NCBI GenBank assembly: GCA_938030705.1
Contig: CALHIR010000005.1
Coordinates: forward strand, 132,909 to 196,908
Reading direction: 5' to 3'
Length of the DNA stretch: 64,000 nt
Origin: Candidatus Poseidoniaceae archaeon
Lineage (GTDB): Archaea > Thermoplasmatota > Poseidoniia > Poseidoniales > Poseidoniaceae
The translations under genes and the position numbers were made by a program. Below, piece after piece: positions 19,350 to 28,990 of the stretch. The notes beneath the pieces were generated by a model. That model did no database searches. It saw nothing but the letters and a program-made list of their open reading frames with translations, and was not told the origin of the DNA. Every line of letters begins with the position of its first letter. Within the stretch, counting starts at the first letter, position 1.

Positions 19350-19739
19350 TCAGTACACGAGTTGCACGTCAGAAGACGTGGCGAGAGCAATGACGCCAGG
19401 CGGCCCACTCCAAGCAATTTTTTCATCAGGGACGTACAGGGCACCGTCCCCTTCATCGTGGCCCAGTACGGCTTTCACAGAACCAAAAGAACAGTGCAGG
19501 CTGGCGCCCGAGACCAGTTTATCCATAAAACCATGAATCATGGTCGAGTTTGGGCCCATTTCGTTTTCCAATTCATCCAAGAAAATGGGGTCAAGACAAC
19601 GAACACCTGCAGCTGCGAAAAACACACTGACCTCTTGCCCGTCTTCAACGGCTTGTGCAGCGCAGGCCAAACCCACAACGGACTTCATGAGGTCTATACT
19701 CGGGTCTGAGACAAATTTAATGAAGACAGATCTGGACAT
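19350..19739 (-). CDS. DsrE/DsrF-like protein
   Basis: A......G.EVSVFF...GV pattern, a Cys in LHCS, about 130 aa. Confidence 0.65.
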   Translation of the reverse strand: MSRSVFIKFVSDPSIDLMKSVVGLACAAQAVEDGQEVSVFFAAAGVRCLDPIFLDELENEMGPNSTMIHGFMDKLVSGASLHCSFGSVKAVLGHDEGDGALYVPDEKIAWSGPPGVIALATSSDVQLVY

Positions 19740-19805
19740 ATCACGGCCAATGGAAACAGGGTCAAGAAACTTCTGCCAGCAGGCCGGCAGTGTTCACTTG
19801 CTTCA

Positions 19806-20423
19806 TCAACGGGCAGAAGCCGCAATGCGCTCAAGTTCTTCCTTCTTACCAACGGCGTAGGAAGTGACATCGCCCTCGCTGGCCTTGGTCAATTCATTGA
19901 TGATGCAATTCTTGAGGGTGCGCTTAGACTTGTGCGTGCCTTGTTGAGCACCACGTGCAAGATTGGCCAGAGCGACGTCAAGGCGTCGAGATGGTGATGA
20001 GTCAACAGCTTTTGGTTGAGACACGGCACCGAACTTGATTCGGGTGATTTCTTCCATGGGTGCTGCAGAGCAAATGGCGTCGACAAAGACCTGGAGAGGG
20101 TTGTTGCCGGAGCGCTCTGCGATTTGGTCAAGAGCGCCTTCAAAGGCTTTCATGGCTCCCATTTTCTTACCGGTGTAGGAACCGGTTCGCATGAGTTTGT
20201 TGATGTAGCGTTCAACGACCGAAAGCTTGGCCTTGCCGAACCAAGCATTGGCGTGGCGACCTCCAGTGTGTGGCACACCGACGGTTGTCAAGTTGATGTA
20301 TGGAGCGAGACCTGGATCTCGACAGGTGACTTCGGAAGCATCCCACTTGCCGAACACCTTGGTACCAATACCAGCAATGGGCTTGGCTTCAACAACGTCT
20401 GGTTCTCCATCACTCATCATCAT
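19806..20423 (-). CDS. rps7: 30S ribosomal protein S7 (uS7)
   Basis: KVFGKW, PHTGGRH, NPLQV..AI, AVDSSPSRRLD, KKEELERIAASAR motifs. Confidence 0.96.
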   Translation of the reverse strand: MMMSDGEPDVVEAKPIAGIGTKVFGKWDASEVTCRDPGLAPYINLTTVGVPHTGGRHANAWFGKAKLSVVERYINKLMRTGSYTGKKMGAMKAFEGALDQIAERSGNNPLQVFVDAICSAAPMEEITRIKFGAVSQPKAVDSSPSRRLDVALANLARGAQQGTHKSKRTLKNCIINELTKASEGDVTSYAVGKKEELERIAASAR

Positions 20424-20427
20424 CACC

Positions 20428-20856
20428 TCAACGGACTGGCTTCTCCTTTCGGCCTCGGACCATTTCATCGAGTGAAACGCCGTTTACTTGGATGACCTTG
20501 TAGCGAACGCCGGGAATGTCTCCGTACGAACGACCCATGCGTCCGCCGATACCTTCGACCATGACTTCGTCGTGCTCGTCGATGAAGTTGATGGCGCCGT
20601 CGCCGGGAGCGAAAGCGGTTAATTTGTTGCCGTTCTTGATGAGGGAGATTTTGACGGCCTTACGAATCCCGGAGTTGGGTTGCTTGGCTTCAATACCAAC
20701 CTTTTCAACGACGATTCCCTTCGCCTGGGTGGACCCAGCAAGAGGGTCGTGCTTGGCCCGTGACTTGAGCATGCGCTTCTTGTAACGGCGGTCCGACCAA
20801 CGGAATTTTTGTCGGTCTTTGGCCATCTTTGCGCCTGCGAAGAGTCCTCTGCCCAT
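20428..20856 (-). CDS. rps12: 30S ribosomal protein S12 (uS12)
   Basis: [11 protein letters not shown] and [10 protein letters not shown] motifs; GAGGTGA SD-like site upstream. Confidence 0.97.
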   Translation of the reverse strand: MGRGLFAGAKMAKDRQKFRWSDRRYKKRMLKSRAKHDPLAGSTQAKGIVVEKVGIEAKQPNSGIRKAVKISLIKNGNKLTAFAPGDGAINFIDEHDEVMVEGIGGRMGRSYGDIPGVRYKVIQVNGVSLDEMVRGRKEKPVR

Positions 20857-21018
20857 CATAATCACCTCATTGAAGCATTTCGCCGACTTGCCGCCCCTAT
20901 TTAATCAAATCCCTTTGGACCACCCAATCTGAGGCGGCGTCATTTGATTTGGAGCAACGCCTAAAGCCCCTCATCATACATGAACAACATTCAAACAACG
21001 CCTCCTTGTGGAAGGGCC

Positions 21019-22290
21019 ATGGCCTTCCGTGACCATCTGGGCGCAGCAACGGTGGAAACCACCAAAGTAAGCCTCATCCACGAGATGCTTCATCATTCCC
21101 AAGCATCCGGCCACGCCATGACCGTGTTCGAAAACATCGCCGAATGCCCCGGCCATCGTGCGGCCGTGAACATGTTGACGCGAGACCGACTTTGCGCTGC
21201 CATTGGTATTGACCCCGAAGCCTACATCGACACACTTGGCTGGGCGATGGGGCATCCATCAACCCCCGAGTTGGTCTCAAGAGAGGAAGCTGCCTGCTTT
21301 GAAAACACGATTGACGATGTGGACCTTCGCCGTATTCCAATCCCCCATCATTGGCCACAGGACCGTGGCCGCTACTCCTCCGCCAGCATCATCATCGCCC
21401 AAGACAACGGGATACGAAACGTCTCCTTCCATCGCCAATTTCTGAGGGACGAAAACCACCTTGTCGTCCGCCTGGTACCTCGGCACCTACGTACGATGGT
21501 CATGAACGCCCGTTCAGAGGGGCGAGAGGTGAACGTGGCCGTGGTCAATGCTCCCGATCCCGTCGTTCTGCTGGCAGCTGCCATGTCGTTCAATGAAAAC
21601 ATCGACGAATTGACCATCGCCGCCGCACTTCACGAAAAACTCTACAATACTCCACTTCAATTGGTCGAACTCCCCAACGGCGTCCATGTCCCCGCCGATG
21701 CCGAATACGTCTGGTGGGGGAAGATCACACTGGATGATGATGATGAAGGCCCCTATGTGGACATCACGGGGACCGTTGACGATGTTCGTCAAGAACCTGT
21801 GATTGAAATCGACGGTTTGACTCATCGGGACAATCCCATATTCCACGCCCTGATACCGGGTGAGGCAGAACACAAGACCCTGATGGGCCTGCCCCGAGCC
21901 CCCACCATCAAAGCGGCCGTTAACGACGTGGTAGAATGCCTTGATGTTCACATGACCGAAGGTGGGTGTGGATGGTTGGGTGCCGTGTTGAAAATTCGTA
22001 AACAAAATCCGGATGACGGCATGAAAGCCATCCAAGCGGCCTTCGACGGTCACAAGAGTATGAAAATCGTCACCGTCGTCGACGAGGACATCGACATTAC
22101 CGACCCCGTTCGTGTTGAGTGGGCAATGATGACTCGGTGGCAGCCCGATAAAGACACCCTGATTCTTCGTGACCAACGGGGGAGTTCCCTTGACCCATCG
22201 AGATACGAGGATGGCCGAACCTCCAAGATTGGATACGACGCTACCATCGATTTTGGTGTAAACCGAGAAGGTTTCATGTCCGTCCAGTGA
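21019..22290 (+). CDS. UbiD-family prFMN-dependent decarboxylase (possibly anhydromevalonate phosphate decarboxylase)
   Basis: RNVSFHR, VPADAE, EGPYVD.TG, K...VVDEDID, SSLDPS, K.G.DAT motifs. Confidence 0.88.
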   Translation: MAFRDHLGAATVETTKVSLIHEMLHHSQASGHAMTVFENIAECPGHRAAVNMLTRDRLCAAIGIDPEAYIDTLGWAMGHPSTPELVSREEAACFENTIDDVDLRRIPIPHHWPQDRGRYSSASIIIAQDNGIRNVSFHRQFLRDENHLVVRLVPRHLRTMVMNARSEGREVNVAVVNAPDPVVLLAAAMSFNENIDELTIAAALHEKLYNTPLQLVELPNGVHVPADAEYVWWGKITLDDDDEGPYVDITGTVDDVRQEPVIEIDGLTHRDNPIFHALIPGEAEHKTLMGLPRAPTIKAAVNDVVECLDVHMTEGGCGWLGAVLKIRKQNPDDGMKAIQAAFDGHKSMKIVTVVDEDIDITDPVRVEWAMMTRWQPDKDTLILRDQRGSSLDPSRYEDGRTSKIGYDATIDFGVNREGFMSVQ

Positions 22291-22299
22291 GGTAGGCCT

Positions 22300-23298
22300 A
22301 TGTCTGAAAGCCAAGACCTCCTGCAGCATCCCCGTAGGAACCTGGGTAACCGGTACAGGTCAACGGCGCAAAAATTTGCTAAATTGGCGAAAGCAGACCC
22401 GGATAGAAGCGCAGAAAACATGGCATGGGCCGAGCAAAATGCGCGGCAAGCGATTCTGCATGATTTCACGGATGAACGGAATTGGCGCTACCTCGCCGAA
22501 CTCAAAGTCATTAACGAGGACGCCGAAGGCCTGCATGCTGTTCTCGAAGATGTGTTCATCATTCTCGGAAGAGACCCAGAGAACCTTGACCAACTCAGCG
22601 GCATCGATTACCTTCTGGTAGGCAGGGAACTGTTAGAAGCAGCATTTGCTAGGGATGCGCTTGACCCCGATGCCTGGTGGGAGCGTATTTCAACGATTGA
22701 AGGTGAAGCAGCCATTGAAGAATTCGCTCAGCGATGTCGTCGTCTTGATTTCCGTGACCAGCGAGCAAATATCGTCTTTGGACGACGTCTTGAACGTCTC
22801 CGAAAAGCGGGCCATGAGGAGATCTTCATCGACTTGGCCAAGCACCTCCTCGCCCATCGCCCAATGAACCATGAATTGTGGCTGGAAATGGGTCGCCTTC
22901 ACGAACGAAGAAACGAAATTGATGAGGCGTGGTCGTGCTATGACCAAGTTCAACAATTGCGACCCCATCTCAAGGAGCGTGACAGATTCCTCGAACGACT
23001 CAAAGGAAACATGGATGGAGAGGAGAAGAAGCCATGGTCGGGACCATCCATTGACCATCGCAAAGCCTTCCTCCAAGGCATGCAATCACTGACCGACCGA
23101 ATTTCATCACCGGTTCAATCGGTTGAGCCGAAGAAAGAAATGGAAAAAGCAACGACACACCCCGACGAGGCGAAGTTGTCGAGTCTCATGGAGCAGGGTG
23201 ATTTCCAAGCGGCGTTCTTCTTAGCCCGCCGACTCTTGGCATCAGGTGAAAATTGGGCGGAATCTTGGTTGGTTCAAATTCAATCCCAAATGGTGTGA
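22300..23298 (+). CDS. TPR-containing hypothetical protein
   Basis: All-helical; TPR-like WLEMGRLHERRNEIDEAWSCYDQVQQLRP; co-oriented with the UbiD and Nudix genes. Confidence 0.7.
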   Translation: MSESQDLLQHPRRNLGNRYRSTAQKFAKLAKADPDRSAENMAWAEQNARQAILHDFTDERNWRYLAELKVINEDAEGLHAVLEDVFIILGRDPENLDQLSGIDYLLVGRELLEAAFARDALDPDAWWERISTIEGEAAIEEFAQRCRRLDFRDQRANIVFGRRLERLRKAGHEEIFIDLAKHLLAHRPMNHELWLEMGRLHERRNEIDEAWSCYDQVQQLRPHLKERDRFLERLKGNMDGEEKKPWSGPSIDHRKAFLQGMQSLTDRISSPVQSVEPKKEMEKATTHPDEAKLSSLMEQGDFQAAFFLARRLLASGENWAESWLVQIQSQMV

Positions 23299-23301
23299 CC
23301 G

Positions 23302-23697
23302 ATGAGCGGAGAACCGGTGTTCGTACTGGCATGGGTCACCCGCGAAGGTCAGACCCTCACCCCTATGGGGAGCGGTGGCGAAGTGTTGTTTGTCGAACAT
23401 CCCGAGCGTGGATGGGAGATCCCCGGAGGCCATCTCGAGGAGGGTGAAACGCCTGAAGAGGCCCTGATTCGAGAAGTACGTGAGGAAACCGGCCTTATCT
23501 GTTCCATCGTTTCATGGAACAAAACCTACTACCCGAAAGGTTGGGTGGCCCATGTTCATGTTTCTCCTCAATCAAAAGGCGACTGGTCCGTTGACGACGA
23601 AAAAGTCTCATCGGTGAAGTGGTGGGGAGAAGTCCCGCCCGTCAAGGCATGGACCGTTGAGGAATTTGAGGACCTTGCGAACTATTTTTCACCCTGA
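23302..23697 (+). CDS. Nudix hydrolase
   Basis: Full Nudix box GGHLEEGETPEEALIREVREETG. Confidence 0.92.
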   Translation: MSGEPVFVLAWVTREGQTLTPMGSGGEVLFVEHPERGWEIPGGHLEEGETPEEALIREVREETGLICSIVSWNKTYYPKGWVAHVHVSPQSKGDWSVDDEKVSSVKWWGEVPPVKAWTVEEFEDLANYFSP

Positions 23698-23698
23698 A

Positions 23699-24763
23699 TC
23701 AAGGCATGGCCAATTCAGACAAACGCTGGCCCCATGCTTCCGTCTCTTCAGGGGTTGAGGCACAGGCTTGCGCCACGGCCGCCAACATCGGGTCATCCAC
23801 AACTTCAGGATGGCCCATCAACGTAGCAAAGTGTTCCATTCGTCCGAGACGATGAGCGAGCGTCAACATGGCACGAACATCCGGTCGTTCAGGACCTCCC
23901 CAGCCGGGTCGGAGGTGTTCGCAGCACCAGGCAAAAACACTGTTGATGTCATCGGGGTGAACCGTGAGTTCAGGGGGTTCCTCTTTGAGGTCCAACGGTC
24001 GTGCCTTTTCAACCTGAACACGCATGAGCTGAGCATCCTCTGATTGGTGGCCAATGGCCAGATCAAGGAAGAGCGAACCGGCTTCAATAGCCATTTGAGT
24101 TTGCGCTGCGAGGATAGCATGTGCGTGAGCATTCCACGCATGCCTTACTGCATCAAATAAGTGGCCGAGAGCCTGTCGGATTCGGCTCGCACCCAAGCGT
24201 GAGATGGCGATCGTTTCATGTGCGTGGCCCCCTTTTCTCGAAATGTCCCCATAGACTTGCAATGCCATGAGCGCCTCGCCCTGGGCCATGTGATAAGCCG
24301 CCTTGTTCAGCAGGGAAAGGTCGTGGTCCCGACTCGCCTTCGCTACGGATTTGAGTCGTGTTTCAGCCCACGTCAAATCTTCTTCAGCACCTTCCGTATT
24401 ACCGGCTTCAAAACGTGCTAAACCTCGTTCCATTCGCAAACGACCTTCAAGCGCTAAATCTCGGGTCTCAGGATTTCGAACCACCTCAAGGGCAGACTCA
24501 ATCGCCTCATCAAGGTGGGTGTCGCCCAGCCACCGCCGACGAACCAGACCGAGCACGGCCAGTTCACCCGCCGAGAGATGAGGGGACATCGCATCCAACA
24601 ATTCGGGAGCATCCATGAACAGAGCGGCTTCGGCCAGCGAGAGCCAAGAAGGCCAAGCAAGTTCATCCTTCCATTGAACAAGGACATCGCTGTCGACTGG
24701 GCCTTCGTTCCGCCAACGGGAGATAAAGACCCCCGGCCCCTGTGGAGTTTCAATCGTCGTCAA
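23699..24763 (-). CDS. Hypothetical TPR-like helical protein
   Basis: 354-aa ORF with TPR-like helices; 4-nt overlap with the DHH gene. Confidence 0.65.
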   Translation of the reverse strand: MTTIETPQGPGVFISRWRNEGPVDSDVLVQWKDELAWPSWLSLAEAALFMDAPELLDAMSPHLSAGELAVLGLVRRRWLGDTHLDEAIESALEVVRNPETRDLALEGRLRMERGLARFEAGNTEGAEEDLTWAETRLKSVAKASRDHDLSLLNKAAYHMAQGEALMALQVYGDISRKGGHAHETIAISRLGASRIRQALGHLFDAVRHAWNAHAHAILAAQTQMAIEAGSLFLDLAIGHQSEDAQLMRVQVEKARPLDLKEEPPELTVHPDDINSVFAWCCEHLRPGWGGPERPDVRAMLTLAHRLGRMEHFATLMGHPEVVDDPMLAAVAQACASTPEETEAWGQRLSELAMP

Positions 24764-25770
24764 GAATTCACCACCCGCTTTGGCGTTCGGGCCACGGCAT
24801 CAATAAAGGCGGTTTCTGCCTCTACGGGTTCTACATCACCGGTCCAACCAGCTGCACCATCATGACCACCACCTTCTCCACCAATGGATTGCGCCATGGC
24901 GTTCATGATCTCACCCATGTGAAGACCAGCCATCACGCTCGAACGAGGAGCCCGTACGGTCAAACGGGTGCTCCCATTGCGATGTCGGATAACCACCACG
25001 GCATCGGCCCCGAGACCACTCAACATGGAGGCGACCTTGCCCTCGAGTGTTCCCGCAGAGGTTCTCAAAATCGTCCAAGGACCTGCCTCCGTTGTTTCTG
25101 CACGCTGAAGACCACGAAGCACGGCTCCACGGTCGCTAGGGGACAAGGTGGTCTCTTCCATGTCCTGAATGAAGTGTCGATAATCCAAGCCCCCACGGTC
25201 AATCAGCATCGAGGCTGTGGAGAAGGAGCCTGCATCAGCATGACGAAACCGACCGGTATCGGTGACCAAACCTGCGAGAAGAAATTCACACACTGGCGGA
25301 GTGAGCGCTTGGGGTGCGTGGGCCTCGAGATAACGCCCGACCACTTCAGTTGTTGAGCGAACATCCCACTTCAAGCACAGGTCGTCATCACCGAGGGCCC
25401 AACCGTCGGTTGCATGATGGTCGATGATACAGAGCGGAACATGGGGTAAGGCCAAACCCGTTTGGTCAGGTGCCGCAGCGTCAACAACAACGAGCCCGGC
25501 CAGTTGGCTTGGCCAACCCGTATTCGTTGATTTCAACACACGATAGGGCGCCTTATGCCGTTCAATCATTCGTTGAGCAACACGTCCGACATGAAGACCA
25601 GCAGCCAACAAGTTCGGATGGCTGGCCGCAAGAGCGACTGCGGAACCAACTGTATCCATGTCTCCGTTTTTACCCGTAATGACCGCCACCGGCCCTTTGG
25701 ATGTCGTTTGTGTCAACCACTCGTGAAGCCGAAGAAGTTCTTCGGACAAGGATTGGTCAAGAGCGGTCAT
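24760..25770 (-). CDS. DHH/DHHA1 phosphoesterase (NrnA-like)
   Basis: DMDTVGS, VVD, IIDHH, DTGRF, GGGH..AAG motifs. Confidence 0.9.
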   Translation of the reverse strand: MTALDQSLSEELLRLHEWLTQTTSKGPVAVITGKNGDMDTVGSAVALAASHPNLLAAGLHVGRVAQRMIERHKAPYRVLKSTNTGWPSQLAGLVVVDAAAPDQTGLALPHVPLCIIDHHATDGWALGDDDLCLKWDVRSTTEVVGRYLEAHAPQALTPPVCEFLLAGLVTDTGRFRHADAGSFSTASMLIDRGGLDYRHFIQDMEETTLSPSDRGAVLRGLQRAETTEAGPWTILRTSAGTLEGKVASMLSGLGADAVVVIRHRNGSTRLTVRAPRSSVMAGLHMGEIMNAMAQSIGGEGGGHDGAAGWTGDVEPVEAETAFIDAVARTPKRVVNS

Positions 25771-26084
25771 TCTTGAGCACCCTGGAGAGACTGCTTGAGT
25801 TCATCGTATGTCTGAATCAATTGCTTCTCACGCTCGGTGAACCGGTCGAGATGAATACGCAGGGAATCCAGTGTTTCTCTGAGTTCAATCAAGAGGGAAT
25901 CCTTGTCCGATACTTCGATGAGAACCCCACCCATTTGGCGGTGCAGAGCCAATCCATCGGGTTGCGTCTCAACGGCAGCGATGGTGCCTTCCAATTCTTG
26001 GACTTGCGCTCGCACGCTGCTCACTTGTTGGCGTGCAGCTTGGACTTCGGCTACAACGAGTTGGAGTTGGTCAAGTTGTTCCAT
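25767..26084 (-). CDS. pfdB: Prefoldin beta subunit
   Basis: Coiled coils flanking the HRQMGGVLIEV hairpin; conserved position in the exosome superoperon. Confidence 0.85.
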   Translation of the reverse strand: MEQLDQLQLVVAEVQAARQQVSSVRAQVQELEGTIAAVETQPDGLALHRQMGGVLIEVSDKDSLLIELRETLDSLRIHLDRFTEREKQLIQTYDELKQSLQGAQE

Positions 26085-26116
26085 GGACTCACCGGTACGA
26101 AGCAGCAGCCCGAGGT

Positions 26117-26341
26117 TCAAGAATGCTTTCCGAAAACCTGCAGGACCGAATCGGTCGCAATGAGGCCTCGCAGGCGTGTGTTCCACATGGCTCGCAAGTC
26201 CTTACAAGAAGATTCGTCAAGGTGAAGAGAAAAGCGTTCATCACTGATCCACTCGGTCTCGCAATCGGTCGCAAGACAAGCAGCAAGAGCTTGTGTGTCC
26301 TTGTTGCTACGCGACTGAACGGTAAGTGACAGATGCCACAT
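26117..26341 (-). CDS. pcc1: KEOPS complex subunit Pcc1 (divergent)
   Basis: About 74 aa with a DLRAMWNTRLR helix matching Pcc1 LRA..N..LR; sits between rpl37ae and pfdB. Confidence 0.65.
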   Translation of the reverse strand: MWHLSLTVQSRSNKDTQALAACLATDCETEWISDERFSLHLDESSCKDLRAMWNTRLRGLIATDSVLQVFGKHS

Positions 26342-26360
26342 CTCCAACACCAAAGCGTGT

Positions 26361-26723
26361 TTACTCTTCCTCTTCGAGGGAGGGGCGGTTCGCCAATTCA
26401 CGTTCGTAGTTCATGGCAGCTTCCTGTGCGATGAACGCCATGTCAGCGGTGGTTGCACCGTCAACAGATCGGCGGAGAATTCGGTTGTTGGCATCGGAGG
26501 CACGGGTGAAAGGCTCCCAGGCGCCGCCGGCAAAGGTGTGGTCGCATTTCTTACACGACCAAATACCAACGGATTGGCGCTCGACTTTTTGGTACTGGCA
26601 GACAGGACACGTGTATTTGCGAGATCGCTTGGCCATGGCCGAGCCTGCATTACGACGGACTGAAACACCATAGCGTGCTCCGAATCGGGCTGTTGCTCCT
26701 GCTTTTTGGGTTCGCTTTGCCAA
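26361..26723 (-). CDS. rpl37ae: 50S ribosomal protein L37Ae (eL43) with C-terminal extension
   Basis: RFGARYG, CPVC...GIWSCKKC..FAGGA motifs; TTG start. Confidence 0.95.
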   Translation of the reverse strand: MAKRTQKAGATARFGARYGVSVRRNAGSAMAKRSRKYTCPVCQYQKVERQSVGIWSCKKCDHTFAGGAWEPFTRASDANNRILRRSVDGATTADMAFIAQEAAMNYERELANRPSLEEEE

Positions 26724-27509
26724 TCAGTTCCCCTCCTTTTCTGCCACGAGTTTTCGAAGTTCCACGCATCGCTTTTGTGCCACGTCGAAGATCTCGGCAA
26801 ACTCGGCGGGCGTGAACACCCCTTTTAGCCCCTTCTGTAGTGAGTGGAGGTGGCCTTTGTCACCCAAAGTGATGTGAATGCGCTCATCGCCTCCAAGTTC
26901 TTCTTGCTCGTTGGCATCGAGAACAAAGCGACCACCGACACGTGTGAAGGAAGCCATAATCGGCGTACCGTTCACCTGAAGTGTATGATCTTCACCAACA
27001 TCAAATCGCTCAGCAGGCACAACGGCGGTGCGCAATGCGGCAATGGCTGCCAGGCCGCAGGCGTCGAAGATGTTTCCTTGGTCGGAGAGGACATGGATGT
27101 CGATCATGACGCCCCAAACCTTCTCGCCGGGGACAATGCAGAGGCTCTCCATGTCGATACATCCTGACTCGCGGATGCCTCGGTCAACCACACGGCCCAA
27201 TTCAATGGACGCAGGGGAAGGAGGGCCCGGTTCGTATTTTCGTCCAGCGACAGGACGAAGTTCTGCTCCGCACATCAATGAACCCTGCGTAGGGCGATCG
27301 GGCCAAGGTGTGCGAAGTTCAAATTTGACACCGGCGTAAACGACGGTCCCACCCATCACGACCTTGGCAGAGCCTTCGGCGTTGTACAAACAGTCGGTCT
27401 CAAGGGTGACATCCCGGGAATCCCAACGACCACGGCCGTCGATTCGGTTGTTTTCCTCGGCCAAGCGAGCGAGTTCCTGGCGCAACAAAGCGGGGACGAG
27501 TTCAACCAT
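26724..27509 (-). CDS. rrp42: Exosome complex component Rrp42
   Basis: RIDGR, AEGSA.V, ELGRVVDRGIRES, GNIFDA motifs. Confidence 0.95.
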   Translation of the reverse strand: MVELVPALLRQELARLAEENNRIDGRGRWDSRDVTLETDCLYNAEGSAKVVMGGTVVYAGVKFELRTPWPDRPTQGSLMCGAELRPVAGRKYEPGPPSPASIELGRVVDRGIRESGCIDMESLCIVPGEKVWGVMIDIHVLSDQGNIFDACGLAAIAALRTAVVPAERFDVGEDHTLQVNGTPIMASFTRVGGRFVLDANEQEELGGDERIHITLGDKGHLHSLQKGLKGVFTPAEFAEIFDVAQKRCVELRKLVAEKEGN

Positions 27510-28240
27510 CAGGCCTCACCTCCATCGTACCGTCGCTTCAGAGCATCGACCATGATCTCGTGAATTTCCTTTGCGGCCTTGAAATTGTACTCCATGGCCA
27601 GGTTGTACTCGTCTGGAGACAGGTCGCCGTCCATCTGCAAGAAGGCAATCTCACCGGTGTTGGGCAAAATACCAACGGGAAGGTCAGCCTGGCCGTAGTT
27701 GTCTTCTGCCTTGTCGAGGTCAAGAACGACCGTGTCCTCAATTTTACCAGAAGCAACGCCGACGATCATATCTCGCATAGGGATGCCCGCATCGGCAAGA
27801 GCCACAGCGGCAGCCGTGATGCCAACACATCGAGTGCCTGCTTCCGCAGCGAGAATCTCGATTTCAACACGAATCTTTGACCGCGGGTAGCGTTCAACCA
27901 ACACGACGGACTCAAGGGCCTCTGCCGTGACCTTCGAAATTTCACGAGAGCGTCGATTGAAGCCGGGTCGGATTCGGTCAGAGGTTGAGAACGGGGCCAT
28001 GTTGTAACGAACGTCAATCACGGCACGGTCTTGTCGCTGAATCTTGCGAGGGTGTGCTTCCATGGGGCCGTAAACGGCCGCAACAGCCACGTTAAGGCCG
28101 TGAGTCACCTTTGCAGAGCCATCAGCGGCTGGCAAAATACCGGCCTCGATTGAAACCGGGCGCATTTCATCCACTTTACGGCCGTCCAATCGGCTGCCGT
28201 CTTCGTTGAGCAATTGTACATCTCCATATCCACCCATCAT
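27509..28240 (-). CDS. rrp41: Exosome complex exonuclease Rrp41
   Basis: RLDGR...EMR, YNMAPFS, RRSREIS, GTRC, LDLDKAED motifs. Confidence 0.96.
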   Translation of the reverse strand: MMGGYGDVQLLNEDGSRLDGRKVDEMRPVSIEAGILPAADGSAKVTHGLNVAVAAVYGPMEAHPRKIQRQDRAVIDVRYNMAPFSTSDRIRPGFNRRSREISKVTAEALESVVLVERYPRSKIRVEIEILAAEAGTRCVGITAAAVALADAGIPMRDMIVGVASGKIEDTVVLDLDKAEDNYGQADLPVGILPNTGEIAFLQMDGDLSPDEYNLAMEYNFKAAKEIHEIMVDALKRRYDGGEA

Positions 28241-28926
28241 GCATCACCTTTTGTCTTGTTTTCCATTTCGTTAAGGATTGTTTCAAATCCCTTAGAGTGC
28301 CCTTCTCGGACCAATTGTTGAATAGCTTTTCGAGCCCATGCGATGCCTTCTGATGAACCTTCAATCCAAGCACGGCCGTTTTCACCGACCATGATTCGAC
28401 AATCACAAGCGTCCCGCATGCGCTGGAGGAGAACATTGTTCTCGCCGCGAACTCGGTCAACATGTTGGACCGGGATGGATTCCACTGCGCCCTGGTTCAG
28501 TCGGCGGAGGCCAACACCCTTCATTGTCAGCACGACATTGTGGCATTCGTCCACTTCCTGGACGCGTGCCAGCACGACATCGCCAACATCCATGTGTTGA
28601 CGAGCGGCGCCGAACTCAACTTTCCAAGGGGCCAACGACATCGGAAGTAATCCTTGGAACGAACCGTTGATGTTCATGAACCAGAGGTTGTTTCGGACTT
28701 CGGCCACAATGCCGACGATCAAATCCCCAGAACGAGGCATGTACGCCGCATTGATGGGGTCAACCGAAACGGTGTTGTTCAGCTCACGCAACCATCCAAG
28801 TTGCGTGGCGATGAAGGATTCTTCGGCAACGATGATTCCGCTACCTGCTCGCTTCCCGGTGGATGGCCCAACGGCCATTCCCGGGGTCACCAGGCGCTGC
28901 TCGGCGCCGACTTGACCTTGGGACAT
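28237..28926 (-). CDS. rrp4: Exosome RNA-binding protein Rrp4
   Basis: VTPG N-terminus, YMPRSGD.IVG S1 domain, KH-like VGENGRAWI. Confidence 0.92.
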   Translation of the reverse strand: MSQGQVGAEQRLVTPGMAVGPSTGKRAGSGIIVAEESFIATQLGWLRELNNTVSVDPINAAYMPRSGDLIVGIVAEVRNNLWFMNINGSFQGLLPMSLAPWKVEFGAARQHMDVGDVVLARVQEVDECHNVVLTMKGVGLRRLNQGAVESIPVQHVDRVRGENNVLLQRMRDACDCRIMVGENGRAWIEGSSEGIAWARKAIQQLVREGHSKGFETILNEMENKTKGDA

Positions 28927-28990
28927 TCTTTTCTCTCCGAATGCGGCCACTCGCCAACCCATGATAAAGGGCACCCTCAAGCCACGGCCT

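Noticed and set aside
16956-19709. Long antisense ORFs (e.g. 16956-17783, 18072-19166; similarly 7451-8212, 43708-44823, 53813-54655)
   Set aside because: They are shadow frames opposite well-supported genes, expected from codon bias, and show no recognisable motifs.
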